Part shown: piece by piece, positions 17,501-26,300 of the stretch
How positions within the stretch are numbered: the first letter of the stretch is position 1
Layout of the letters: the number at the start of each line of letters is the position of its first letter
Source: Candidatus Zhuqueibacterota bacterium
Lineage (GTDB): Bacteria; Zhuqueibacterota; Zhuqueibacteria; Thermofontimicrobiales; Thiofontviventaceae
Direction: 5' to 3'
Assembly (NCBI GenBank): GCA_036351795.1
Contig: JAZBPW010000150.1
Span: 1,842 to 65,841, forward strand
Length of the DNA stretch: 64,000 nucleotides
Program-made: the position numbers and the translations under genes
Notes under the pieces: model-generated
Told to the model about the DNA's origin: nothing
Databases searched by the model: none
Seen by the model: only the letters and a program-made list of their open reading frames with translations

Positions 17501-19535
17501 CCAGGGTATTGATATTATCTCCGCCATCGAGAGATCTCCAGTATGTGACCGGTCCGCCATTCGGATTCGGACATCCCAGTATGATCTGCAGTTGATCGCC
17601 ATAGCTGGCATCTATCTCGACGCGGTCATCCGCACGATATGATGTGAGATTGTCCTGAGTATCGACTACCACTCCATTTTCAATGCGATAATACTTCACC
17701 GGTCCGAATACATCCGAAACAGCCGAGCCGCGTACGATGTGTACCCGGTTCTGTGAATCGATATCCATGCGCACCATGTATCCGCGAGTCACTCTGTCGG
17801 AAACGAGAAGAGGTGAACTCCACCCAGAACCTGTTTTATATACATAATAGATATTGAATTTGAAGTTACCCTCATCCGTACGATAACATACATGAGGATC
17901 ACCGTTATTATCCACGGCAACCGTGGCTCCAAAATACCCTTCGCCCGGGATACCTGCGGTGCCTGGGACATTTTCCTGAACAATAACATTGCCAAGCGCA
18001 TCCGTTTTCGTATAGACGACGCCGTTATTGAGGGAAACAATATGCAAATGTCCCGTCGCATGATCGATATCAAGGTCGGGTGCGGTGCCGGATGAGATGT
18101 TCAACTCCCCAGACCATTCCGCACTGCCGAAAGCGAGTGCAAAATTGGCTTCGACAAATTTATTGCCATCCATGGTAATCATGGTATTTGCATTCGAAGG
18201 ATTCGCGACATCACCCGTCCAGTTCACAAAATCGAATCCATTGCCCGGTGTTGCGCTCAAAGGAACATTGGTGCCGTATGGATATGTGTACGCACCGACC
18301 GCCGGACTGGTAGATCCACCGTCGAAAGGATTTACCGAAATTGTGAGTGTATACTCGGCTGTAGCAAAATTGGCAACCACATTTTTATCACCATTCATCA
18401 GGATGGTTGTAGAGGGGGAATTTGGATCTGCAACATCTCCCGTCCAGCTCACAAATTGATACCCTGTCGCCGCAACAGCAGATATGTTCACCTGCTGGTC
18501 TGAGGCATAGCTGTGATTGCCCACCGTTGGTGTCGTTGTCCCTCCCAGAGGGGGATCAACTGACATTTCGAGTGTGTATTGAACCATCTGAAAATTCGCC
18601 GTAATCACTTTATCATCGTCCATCGTCACCTGAGTGCTTGGATTCGCAGGGTCTGCGACATCACCAGTCCATCCCAGGAATACGTAGCCAGCCTCGGGAG
18701 TGGCAGTGACATTCACAATAGAACCGTGCCCATAGGTGTGAAAGCCGGCGCTTGGAACTGTTGTTCCTCCAGCACCGGGATCGACCTGAATAGTCAGCTG
18801 ATGTTGAATCGTTGTAAAATTTGCTGTGACGGTCTTATCCCCATCCATCGTGACTGTGGTGGATGCGATGTTCGGATCCTGGACATCACCGGTCCAGTTG
18901 ACGAACTGGAATCCTGTTGCCGGTGTCGCCGCGATATCCACGATATCACCCGGCGGGTACTGATGCGTCCCTGCCGCTGGATCGACTGCACCACCGTTGC
19001 CGGGATCCACCGCAGTCGTCAGAGTGAAGGAAGGACCTCCGATCGTAATCACAACAGCCGTCGTACCCAGCGCATCGAATGTCACACTGCTATCGCCCAA
19101 CGACACACCTGTCTCGTATTCATAAAATTGAATTTCACTCTGCTTTACATTATAAAACTCTCCCGGATCATCCAGCCATAACTTGAACAGCATCGTATCC
19201 CCCTGTACGAATCCGCATCCGGTCCCGTCATCGTTGGTGGCAATGATCTCTATCGGTTCATCCGGCGTTACGGGAGCAGTGAAGAGCGCCGCACCGACGC
19301 ATTCACCGGGTTCCGAGGATCCGAAAACACCGATCTCATCTCCGGCATCCAGATCCTGACCGTTATAGGTTACACCCGCAACAAAAATGTTCATCGGTGT
19401 GAATGGATTTTCACCCGGTGGAAGGCAGGATGTGATGTGAGTCTGTGAAAGTGCAATGCTGCTGAAAATAAAAATTGTCATTATCGTCAATATGACTGCC
19501 GATGGGAAATAACGCTTGTTCATTGTAAACTCCAT
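11304..19535 (-). CDS. Giant (2743-aa) T9SS-targeted surface/secreted glycan-binding-type protein: 4x InlB-B-like repeats, 2x Asp-box (BNR) modules, PKD, 7x Ig/BACON-like modules, 4x malectin, T9SS C-terminal domain
   Basis: One uninterrupted ORF. ATG at 19535; an alternative ATG at 19523 has GGAG 7 nt upstream. Signal peptide present. Asp-boxes SMNSGTTW and SQDGGATW. PKD-like '..GYSWNFGDG..'. Malectin-like modules '(A/G)WR(I/V)NCGGP..W.AD...GYVGG....I.NT.DD.LYQSERYG..YRF.VPNGDY...LHFAEIY'. C-terminal 'WQNYPNPFNNATVITFDLP'. Confidence 0.9.
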   Translation of the reverse strand: MEFTMNKRYFPSAVILTIMTIFIFSSIALSQTHITSCLPPGENPFTPMNIFVAGVTYNGQDLDAGDEIGVFGSSEPGECVGAALFTAPVTPDEPIEIIATNDDGTGCGFVQGDTMLFKLWLDDPGEFYNVKQSEIQFYEYETGVSLGDSSVTFDALGTTAVVITIGGPSFTLTTAVDPGNGGAVDPAAGTHQYPPGDIVDIAATPATGFQFVNWTGDVQDPNIASTTVTMDGDKTVTANFTTIQHQLTIQVDPGAGGTTVPSAGFHTYGHGSIVNVTATPEAGYVFLGWTGDVADPANPSTQVTMDDDKVITANFQMVQYTLEMSVDPPLGGTTTPTVGNHSYASDQQVNISAVAATGYQFVSWTGDVADPNSPSTTILMNGDKNVVANFATAEYTLTISVNPFDGGSTSPAVGAYTYPYGTNVPLSATPGNGFDFVNWTGDVANPSNANTMITMDGNKFVEANFALAFGSAEWSGELNISSGTAPDLDIDHATGHLHIVSLNNGVVYTKTDALGNVIVQENVPGTAGIPGEGYFGATVAVDNNGDPHVCYRTDEGNFKFNIYYVYKTGSGWSSPLLVSDRVTRGYMVRMDIDSQNRVHIVRGSAVSDVFGPVKYYRIENGVVVDTQDNLTSYRADDRVEIDASYGDQLQIILGCPNPNGGPVTYWRSLDGGDNINTLGDIHDGAAIDRNGCPDVFTDASGIVHICYGAAKDTDVNNKPSVRYSRWQNGSKVKDVTVTNEGDCIPWKQDQGIASIASSANGQIVAVAYTHTDGGDLYSTFSMNSGTTWEDREFLAANCGGAESRDKHVIRATGNRFYLVYPVESGIKLRFISFSNSNDQAPVADAGGPYYGDAGFSVTLDGSASYDDIGIVGYSWNFGDGQTGTGQLVNHVYAADNVYTATLTVVDSSGQISTSSTPVFIGNALSDVWSSPIQISSGDTPDLDIHKGTGNLHLLVMKNGVTYFKLDRYGNVVLEENVPGAENDEGMMRFGASIAVDSQDYPHIGYRVYRSSNRYDLYYTYKSATGWSTPLKIGDNVLRGYVVRLAADSADRIYYCHSSVTDVVTNTGPVHMYVLQNGAVIYHQDNIDQTRGDERYEVDVSDGGFLDLIAGDLSYPSSGGPIYYWRSNTPGGQLGYMGDFHNNIDARPGENGSPDVFVDDVNGTHVCYGVAIDQTVDKMPSLRYLRFSNGGKVRDVRVTRKGELDDWKFKMGIGSIAASADGENVVAAYLVTEDGELRTRLSQDGGATWGDPVALSDGWDCAESRNKHVIRANGNTFYLVYPEDGIKLRILGTPQIPQPNLSVSPAILDFQNIHSQLQLEVRNSGSGTLNWSVSNVASAWVTNVQPQVGSLGTGQSQMVTVTVDRSGLGDGGYNDILAVSSNGGNINIPIEMDVGGPSAWRINCGGPAYVDNSSQQWVADQAYTAGSFGYVGGDPYSTSDPIGNTNDDVLYQSERYGLSSYRFTVPNGDYEVELHFAEIYHNSRNTRLMSVTLEGTPVLTNLDIFDAAGHDAALVYNFNTRDLGVSVVDGRLDIGFVNVKDQAKISAIYVTKMAPQGPVFSINPASLDFGRVAVVETLVVRNSGESQLQWNLGSFSSSWVTSVLPQSGTLSANTSENVYVTINRAGLSEGFYNAVLPFNSNAGGKNVSVSMEVHTPAPNMALTPTDLNYGYFSTSLSVELVNTGDLPLTWEVLALDRPAWIASITPGNGVTAPGNTQQVTIIATRNGLAAGTHNGVLHFSSDGGNIDVNLSIKAGDPNAWRVNCGGPAYVDKGGDLWMADQPFNSNFYGYVGGDSYATADPIANTDDDSLYQSERYGMTAYRFNVPNGDYRIKLHFAEIYHQSARKRKINVQLEGDPIVEGLDIYSAAGHDAAYVLSFNTQDLGLTVTDGRIDLEFSANKDLPKISAIEVAGIASSGPQMVINPTTLSYGSTALNDTFKITNTGGSALNWQVQTISVAWISGVQPMNGALNPGQSVDVIVSINRAGLAEGVYVGVLNIGSNAGGQNVELSMSVQGSSAQMSVTPASLTFLDAVNSLNLLINNTGQEILNWQISTAGRPSWVSSVTPSSGSLLAGESAGVTVAVDRTGMTNGTYNGSLSVTSNGGNVTVPVQLQVGSSLGWRINCGGPQYTSTTGKQWSADKQHTAGSFGYVGGDQYSTTSSIANTTNDVLYQSERYRMTAYRFDVPNGDYQIKLHFAEIYFKATNRRVMSVNLEGTTVVQGLDIYKEVGRNTAYVVTLSTSALGLTISDGRIDLTFSSSKDLPKISAIEVTPDTPAGPALTITPVSLDLGSANTSGILSVMNSGGSSLTWQLGTITTAWITDVQPASGTLAAGVAQNVTVTIDRSGESEGSYTGVIPFTSNAGNQNVEVKMNVTVPGPELTLSTPSLEFGYFANTLYFDVSNTGDLPLSWNIPATGRAAWISSVLPESGTLAAGSSATVNVMVNRTGLAEGTYSDILTILSDGGNSALFVKVSSGDLRINAGGPALTDITGAAWQADQPYSSGEYGYTGGNNYQTLDPIANTDLDPIYQTERWGMTTYQIDASNQDYFITLHLAEIYYSADNKRIMSVSLEGTKIVSDLDIFAQAGHDAAMTLTFSTRSLGLTISDGRIDLAFSHAKDAPKISGIEVRKDLTVASEFAANSGTLDEEVQLIPQEYKLWQNYPNPFNNATVITFDLPEESMVDLRIFNLLGQQIVTLVNESRNAGTHQIHWNGLDEYGNDVPTGVYVCVIQTGEYRKTMKMMLMK
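11658..15650 (-). repeat. In-frame coding super-repeat: Ig-malectin followed by 3x (Ig-Ig-malectin), with ~1080-nt period
   Basis: The malectin N-terminal anchors (A/G/D)(W/L)R(I/V)N(C/A)GG are encoded at 15322-15344, 14241-14264, 13161-13184 and 12090-12113, giving spacings of 1080, 1080 and 1071 nt. The module ends KISAI(Y/E)V / KISGIEV are encoded at ~14889-14910, 13809-13829, 12729-12749 and 11658-11678. Confidence 0.9.
18141..19033 (-). repeat. Four tandem ~74-aa InlB B-repeat-like (Listeria-Bacteroides-type) coding repeats
   Basis: Repeat units start FTLTTAVDPGNGG, HQLTIQVDPGAGG, YTLEMSVDPPLGG and YTLTISVNPFDGG. Each ends ..F(V/L).WTGDV..P....T.(V/I)(T/L)M.GDK.V.ANF. Confidence 0.8.
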
Positions 19536-19679
19536 AAACTATTGATAATTCCTAGCAAGGCCAAAAAAGCAAGTTTCATACCATTAGTTTTTTCAATTTC
19601 TTAACACAATAACCTATTCATTATATTTATGATATAAATTTTAATGTATCTTTCAAAATATTAAACAGTGTATTATTAC

Positions 19680-19693
19680 GATACATATGTATC
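19680..19693. promoter_or_regulatory. Perfect 14-bp palindrome GATACATATGTATC in the AT-rich divergent control region (candidate operator)
   Basis: Read directly from the sequence. An extra ATGTATC half-site lies at 19644-19650. The palindrome sits between the divergently transcribed giant gene and the 19809 gene. Confidence 0.4.
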
Positions 19694-19808
19694 ATATAAT
19701 TAAATTATAATAAGTTAGAGGCTATTTCAAATATCGATGAAAAATGAAACAAAAACCCTGATCTTTCGTGTGATTATCATAACATGGTAAACAGCTAAGG
19801 CATCTTTT

Positions 19809-21989
19809 GTGGACGGAGTCAGAATAAACATCACAGGAAATCCACTTCTTTTTTCCCTCATCGCCGGGGTATTCATTGCTTTCAGTATCATGCTCTATCG
19901 CAGAACGAATCCGCCTGTTTCTGCTGCGTTGAGAAGAACGCTCACTCTTCTGCGTACCAGCGCTCTGATTATGATCGCTTTCTTACTCTTCGAGCCGCTG
20001 CTGACACTAAGGCTTAAACGGGATGATAAACCGGTCGTTGCCGTTCTCGTGGATAACTCCGCCAGCATGAGTTTGACCGATGCCGGAACGGTTCGTCCCG
20101 ATGAGTTGTCGCGCGTACTCAACCACTCGGTTTTCAATAATCCACCGAAAGACATACAGTTTGTATATTTCGCGTTTTCGAGCGGGCTTCGTGATCTCGA
20201 ACTTCAACCTGACGATTCTTTGACGTTCACGCAAGACGGGACTGACATTGCCACAAGCCTTCAGCAGTTGAAAACAAAACTTGAGCGAGCCAACCTTGCA
20301 GGCGTCATTTTGGCAAGTGATGGCAATTACAATATTGGAGAGAATCCCGCCAGATTGGCACAGGACTTTGGCACGCCTCTCTTTCCCATAGCCATCGGAG
20401 ATCCGACTGAGCAGAAAGACCTCCTTATCTCGAGTGTCCACACAAACCGGATCACCTATGTCGAAAACAAGGTTCCCGTCGATATCACTATACGGGCGCA
20501 TGGATATCGCGGCAAGAAGATCAGCATCAGGCTGCAGGAGGGCAGCGATGTCATCGATTCGAAGGAAATCGTTCTGAATAACAACGATCTTGAGACCAGA
20601 ACACGCCTTCATTTCACACCACTTGAACATGGCAATAAAAAATATTCTGTGATCATTCCCGCGCTCAGGAATGAGCTCACTTCGAAGAACAACAAGGCTA
20701 ATTTTTACGTCAAAGTGCTGAAGAGTAAAATGCAACTACTCCTGATTGCAGGAGGCCCGGGTCTGGACCACTCATTCTTATCCCGTACTCTGAAGGAAGA
20801 CGAAAACATCGAACTGACAACCCGCGTCATGAAGAACAACACTGTGTTCTACGAAGGCGATATGGCGTTCTCTCCCGAAGCGCTTGGTAAATATGATGGC
20901 TTCGTTCTGCTGGATTTCCCGAGAAGGCAAAGTTCACCCGCGACAGTCGATGCACTCGCCAGGGTTCTTTCAGAATCCGATAAAGCGCTCTTTCTGATCG
21001 GTGGTAAAAATATATTTTACCCGGGGCTCAGGCCGCTGCAGAAATTTCTGCCAATGGCCATAAATTCGTCGACCGGAAATGAAAAACTCGTATATACCAT
21101 GTTATCCGGCGAAGGAGGAATTCATCCCGTCATGCGCCTATCGGAAAACGACATTGAAAATCAAACCGTATGGAAATCACTTCCTCCGATTCACTATTCG
21201 CTGAGAAATGTAAAGCTCCTCGACGGAGCGAAATCCCTGCTCGATGTTGACAAACAGGCTTCCAATATCCTGAGCGAGACAGCCGCGCTTCCCGCCATCA
21301 TCACCAGAAACATCGGCTCTCAGAAAACGATTGTTATCCTCGGTTACGACATCTGGCGATGGAATTTCCTGATGCAGGGAATCGGTCAATATAGCGACGC
21401 GTACAGCCAGATACTGACAAACTGTCTTCGGTGGCTTACGACAAGAGAGGATAGTAAACGGGTCAGGATTTATCCTGAAAAGGAGGTCTATCGCAGCGGG
21501 GAAAAAATCACGATAAATGCTGAAGTCTACTTTGAGGATTACCGGCCGCTGGATGGAGCGGAGGTCAAAGTGAATATACAAAGCGATGGTGAATCAAACG
21601 AGATTTTGCTCTCAGGTATCGGGAATGGCAAGTACGAAGGGACATTTCAGGTTCTTAAAGCCGGTGAGTATACGTATGCGGGCACGGCCAGTAGTCGTGA
21701 CAGACTCATAGCAAAGGACAGTGGCAGATTTTCCATAGAGGAATTCAGCCTCGAATATCACGACACTAACATGAACGAAACCATTCTCAAGCAGATCGCG
21801 GAAAACAGCGGCGGTACATATCACACCGTTGAATCGATGGACGCTCTGGCTATAGAATTGGATTTTCCAACGAGAGTGACATACGAAGAAATTCAGTGGG
21901 AAATATGGAACAGGATATATTTGCTGATCACCATCATCCTGCTGCTGAGTATTGAATGGTACATCAGGAAAAAGAGAGGTATGCTATAG
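19809..21989 (+). CDS. Membrane protein with BatA-like N-terminal double-TM, a vWA-like MIDAS segment and a C-terminal TM anchor; function unknown
   Basis: GTG start; no ATG lies upstream of the first TM. Two N-terminal TM helices are followed by 'VAVLVDNSASMSL' (DxSxS MIDAS-like). C-terminal hydrophobic helix plus RKKRG. Confidence 0.6.
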   Translation: MDGVRINITGNPLLFSLIAGVFIAFSIMLYRRTNPPVSAALRRTLTLLRTSALIMIAFLLFEPLLTLRLKRDDKPVVAVLVDNSASMSLTDAGTVRPDELSRVLNHSVFNNPPKDIQFVYFAFSSGLRDLELQPDDSLTFTQDGTDIATSLQQLKTKLERANLAGVILASDGNYNIGENPARLAQDFGTPLFPIAIGDPTEQKDLLISSVHTNRITYVENKVPVDITIRAHGYRGKKISIRLQEGSDVIDSKEIVLNNNDLETRTRLHFTPLEHGNKKYSVIIPALRNELTSKNNKANFYVKVLKSKMQLLLIAGGPGLDHSFLSRTLKEDENIELTTRVMKNNTVFYEGDMAFSPEALGKYDGFVLLDFPRRQSSPATVDALARVLSESDKALFLIGGKNIFYPGLRPLQKFLPMAINSSTGNEKLVYTMLSGEGGIHPVMRLSENDIENQTVWKSLPPIHYSLRNVKLLDGAKSLLDVDKQASNILSETAALPAIITRNIGSQKTIVILGYDIWRWNFLMQGIGQYSDAYSQILTNCLRWLTTREDSKRVRIYPEKEVYRSGEKITINAEVYFEDYRPLDGAEVKVNIQSDGESNEILLSGIGNGKYEGTFQVLKAGEYTYAGTASSRDRLIAKDSGRFSIEEFSLEYHDTNMNETILKQIAENSGGTYHTVESMDALAIELDFPTRVTYEEIQWEIWNRIYLLITIILLLSIEWYIRKKRGML

Positions 21990-23291
21990 CTATTCAACCT
22001 TGACGAGCATGAATTCTCCGTTTCCATTCCGATCTTCGAAAACAAATTTCCTGTTTATTTTCGCGTAAAACCATATTTCATATGGTGGTATGTTCATGTC
22101 GCTCGCAAATCTTTCGACATTTGACGGCGAACCGTATTTCATATAAACTTTGCCACGGTCTGTTTCCCAGGCAGTCTTGGCGATTCCGTTGACCGAAAAG
22201 TTATAGTTTACAAAATCAACCCGGCGATAGAATTCATCCATTAATTCATTCGCTTCGGTATCGGGCGTTGGATCCCGTTCTGACCAGTAGTTATCGAACA
22301 AAAACTCTCTTCGGGCTTCAGGCGCCGACGTCCACACATCCCACGTATCCTTGCTCACAAATTCCTTCAGTGGTTCGATGGCACGATTCACATTCAACTG
22401 CGTGGATTCAAAATAGCGCCAGTTTGATGAAAAGGATATTGATTGTTCCCGCTTCACTCCGCTTTGAGCCACCGTTACGGTCAGTTTATATTTGTTTGCA
22501 TCATCCACGAGCTCTCTGAGATTTATGATCACCGGCATGATTGCTGAATCCGGATCTATCGTTTTCGAATTGGATACGACCAATCGCTTCGATATATCTT
22601 CAATCTGACAAGAAAATGTGATCTGGTCGTCGGGATTGGAAGTATATATCTCAAAGCATGCCCAGAAATTCGAATTGATATCATTGTACACTCTATTGAT
22701 ATCCGGTGTTGTCGATCGGATCCCCGCGTGATTTTGGATGGTATCGACATCGCTCGACAAAAAGATACTGCTCAAGTTCACAGGATTGACCTGAAATCCA
22801 GGGACTTCCAGCTCGGCCTCCCGCCGTAGAGATTTTCTATTATCCATGTCCGTCAGCTCGATGATCACACTATGCTTTCCCGGGATCAGATGTATTCCGT
22901 ACCGAATACGATTTGAAATGTTCTTCTGATTCGTCTCGGCGAAAGTTTGTGTGACAATATTACCGGAGAAGGTCTTGCCACCCATGTGGTTGCCTTTTCG
23001 ATCAAACACCGCGATCATCAGCTCGTATTCAGCCCGAAAATCGGATGCGTTCTCTTTTACGAACTGCAGGATGTCGTTGCAGAAACCGACGTGGATATCC
23101 ACATACGATCTTGTGTCATCTTCGAGTGAGCGGAATTGATAAAAATCGTACAACACAACCGGTGTTCCGAAAAACCGGCTCTTCTGCCCATTGCGTCCGG
23201 AGTCTCTCATGTGCTGGCCAGTGAGCGTGCCGGTTAGTATGATGAAGATCAAAAAAATGAGTGGTGTTTTTTTCATATTATTCCCTGTCAT
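21990..23291 (-). CDS. GWxTD domain-containing exported protein
   Basis: Signal peptide. C-terminal 'WSERDPTPDTEANELMDEFYRRVDFVNYNF...AWETDRGKVYMKYGSPSNVE...YEIWFY'; the W-E-T-D-R-G motif is encoded at ~22152-22169. Confidence 0.8.
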   Translation of the reverse strand: MTGNNMKKTPLIFLIFIILTGTLTGQHMRDSGRNGQKSRFFGTPVVLYDFYQFRSLEDDTRSYVDIHVGFCNDILQFVKENASDFRAEYELMIAVFDRKGNHMGGKTFSGNIVTQTFAETNQKNISNRIRYGIHLIPGKHSVIIELTDMDNRKSLRREAELEVPGFQVNPVNLSSIFLSSDVDTIQNHAGIRSTTPDINRVYNDINSNFWACFEIYTSNPDDQITFSCQIEDISKRLVVSNSKTIDPDSAIMPVIINLRELVDDANKYKLTVTVAQSGVKREQSISFSSNWRYFESTQLNVNRAIEPLKEFVSKDTWDVWTSAPEARREFLFDNYWSERDPTPDTEANELMDEFYRRVDFVNYNFSVNGIAKTAWETDRGKVYMKYGSPSNVERFASDMNIPPYEIWFYAKINRKFVFEDRNGNGEFMLVKVE

Positions 23292-23347
23292 TCAATGGAT
23301 CCTGTGATATCTGACGATTCACGACGATTATGCTGAGTTGATCTGTT

Positions 23348-26300
23348 TTAAAATTCAGGACCCAATGAAAAATAATATACCGGTTTCGGCGATGTGGAGG
23401 CGAGGTCGGTCGTCCACGCCGCGTCAAATCTCAGCAGAAAGAATCCCAGATTGAGCCGCGCACCGAAGCCATACCCCATAAAAATATCATCGAACCGCGG
23501 CAGGGAGCCAGTGCTCGAACGAAATGCTCTGAAATTATTATCATCCCATGCAGAGCCCGCGTCGACAAATAGCGCACCGCGAATATTTGCCAGTCCAAGC
23601 GGCAGAGGCCATCCCATAATAAAATATCGAATGAATGGAAAACGAAATTCCAGATTTGCCAGCGCGAAACGGTTTCCAACTCGTTCATAGTAGAGTCCTC
23701 CGCGCATCGGCATTTCGAACGAGCTGAAATAGATATCATCCACGTCGTTCACGCGGATACCTCCGTAGCGCGTACTATAGTTGAGCCAGCCGGGTGTACC
23801 TCCGAGAAAAAACTTCTGCGGCTCCTTCCCCTCGCTGAATCCGCCGGACAATCGTACGACAAAGTTGTAATCCTTGCCGGTGCGTAAATATTTCCGCCAG
23901 TCAGCCCTGAAGGTCAAAAAATCCAGACTGTACTGGCTGTATCCCGGACTGTAGGTGACGCCATAAGATGAACGCGTTCCATTGACTGGCCCGGTATACC
24001 CCCACACGACGGTATCGTTGACCAGATGGAGGTCGAAAAACAGATTTCGCTTCTTTTCGGTTTCCAGTTCATACTGGAGGTAATCACGATCGATCCCCAG
24101 CCAGGTAAAAGAGAAATCGGTTCGTCGAAATTTTGAAAAAGGATAGGACAAACTGCCCATAAATCCATAATTCCGGTCTCTCACCCAACCGTAAGATGTG
24201 TAAAAGTAGTAGGCGTAATGAAATCCTCCTGCACCGTAGTCCATCTTCTTCGGCAAATAGAAATACGAACCCTGAAAATTGGAATTCTTCAGGTCATAGA
24301 ACAGATTGGTATACAAATAAATTCTGTGATTGCCCAGAATATCAGAGAGTGCGATCTGTGTGGCGCCCTGGAAGCCGAAGAACTGGCTGTAACTGGCATT
24401 GCCATAAACAAGGTCGGGCGAAAACTTTATCTTATAGTTGTTCACCTTATATTCACCATTCGCCAGTTTGAAATCTGAAGAATCGAGAAACGCCGACTCC
24501 TGATCGTCTTCCGCCTGCACGAGTCCGTCTTTAAACTTGCTGTCAAAAATGTAGTTCTTATAGGCCTGCACATCTTCAGACGATTCCTCCTCCACGGGTG
24601 AATCAAATGCATAGAACGATTCGTTTTTGAACGCCTTATGTCCGTTTTTCGCAATGAAATTCGTCTCTTGAATCTGAATTTCGCCCGGCGATACTTTGGA
24701 TGGGTTTTTCATCAGATAGATATCATAACCACCCTTGTAAAATGACGTGAAGGCGATCTGATCCACTCTGCCTTCCCACGACAGATGAAAAATGCCGGTG
24801 AGCACATTCGTAATCGGATATTCAATACCCGATTCGAGATTGTGTATGTAGATATTGTAGATCCCCTTTCTGTCGCTGACAAATGCAATACGATCACCAT
24901 CTGAGGAAAATACGGGACTGAGTTCATTCGCCCGCGTGTCGGTGATCCGTTTGACTTCATAACCATCGCGATCCACTGTATAGATATCCAGGCTGTAGAA
25001 ATTGGAACGATATACTTCGAAGTCTTCAGGAACAGCCTCTCTGTTCAGATAATCTCCTCGATCACTGGCAAAGGTAAGCATTTTACCATCGGCAGACCAT
25101 GTCGGCTCCAGATCACTAAAGACGTCATCCGTGATTTTTCTCATCTTTCGCGTCTGGAGATGGTAAGCATAGATATCGCCCTGACCGTTTTCGATACCCA
25201 TAAAGGCGATCTCTTCTCCGTTTGGCGACCAGGCCGGGCTGAATATTCCGTCGATACTGAGCTTGATGGTCTTTACGATTTTTCTCTTGTCCACGTCAAC
25301 CAGATGCAGCGCGTCCTGATCTCCCGCTTTTGCCGCAAAGACGATGTGCTCACCGTCCGGCGACCAGCTGATACCGGCCCGAAGCCAGTGCAGTTCCTCG
25401 AGATTCGACGTCTGTTGCCCGCTCACCAGCTTACAAATGATCTTTCCATCAATGGCGCTTAACAGATAAATGTCGAAATAATCTGATCTGTCCGAAAGAT
25501 AAGCGATCTTATCTCCATTCGGTGAGAGCGCCGGTCCGCTGTTGACAAAGTTTCTGTCCTCTTCATGATCCGTCAACTTTTTGGCAAATTCCTCCGGTTC
25601 CTTTCTGTCGGCGATATCAGGCCAATACTCGCGCTTCAGATGCATATGCCATTTCTCAGTCAGATCTTCGGGATCAACCCCGATTGCCTGCTTCATTCCT
25701 TTGACCATACTCTTCGAAACCTTGATCTTTCCAAGAAGCTCACCGATCTTTTCCTGACCATACTTTTCCGACAGATAGTAGAGCACCGACTGGCCACCTT
25801 TGTACGCCATAAATCCATATAGCTGAGATACATTGGGAACGTATCCATTCAAGGCAGCGTCCCGTATATACATGTCGCTTTCTGTATCCCAACCGCGACT
25901 CTCATATTCAGCCAGACCTTCAATCAGCCAGAGTGGTAACTGCAGTCGTGCCATTCCGGTAATGATCGACTGTGTTCCCGCTCCGTAAACCATCTGCAAC
26001 ATGACAGCATGCGTCAATTCATGATGTATGACGTGCCGGAACTGCTCCCAATTCCCCTCGAACGGGATGACAACACGATTCTTGAAAAACTCGGTGAATC
26101 CACCGACCGATTCGTCCGGGGGCGACAGGGTCACATTGGTCTGTCCGAAATCATTATGACTGTTATAGGTGATTATTTTTATCCGATCCAGCAGGTCATA
26201 TCTCAGACTTTTCGACAGGCGCTTATAGCTTGCTTCGCTTATCTCCGCCACAAATTCAGCGATGGATTCACCCCCATCGGTGAAATAGATATCGAAATGT

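Noticed and set aside
20007-20735. 242-aa ORF on the minus strand
   Set aside because: It is antisense to the vWA-like membrane protein gene, which has coherent TM and MIDAS features. I rejected other long antisense ORFs for the same reason: 5519-6139, 6312-6860, 9304-9963, 11154-11744, 42271-42888, 42764-43270, 43242-43784 and 48166-48768.
11304-21989. Giant gene plus AT-rich flank as a horizontally acquired genomic island
   Set aside because: There is no integrase, transposase, tRNA or direct repeats at the borders. The AT-rich segment is confined to the 273-nt promoter spacer. Composition alone, judged by eye, is insufficient evidence.
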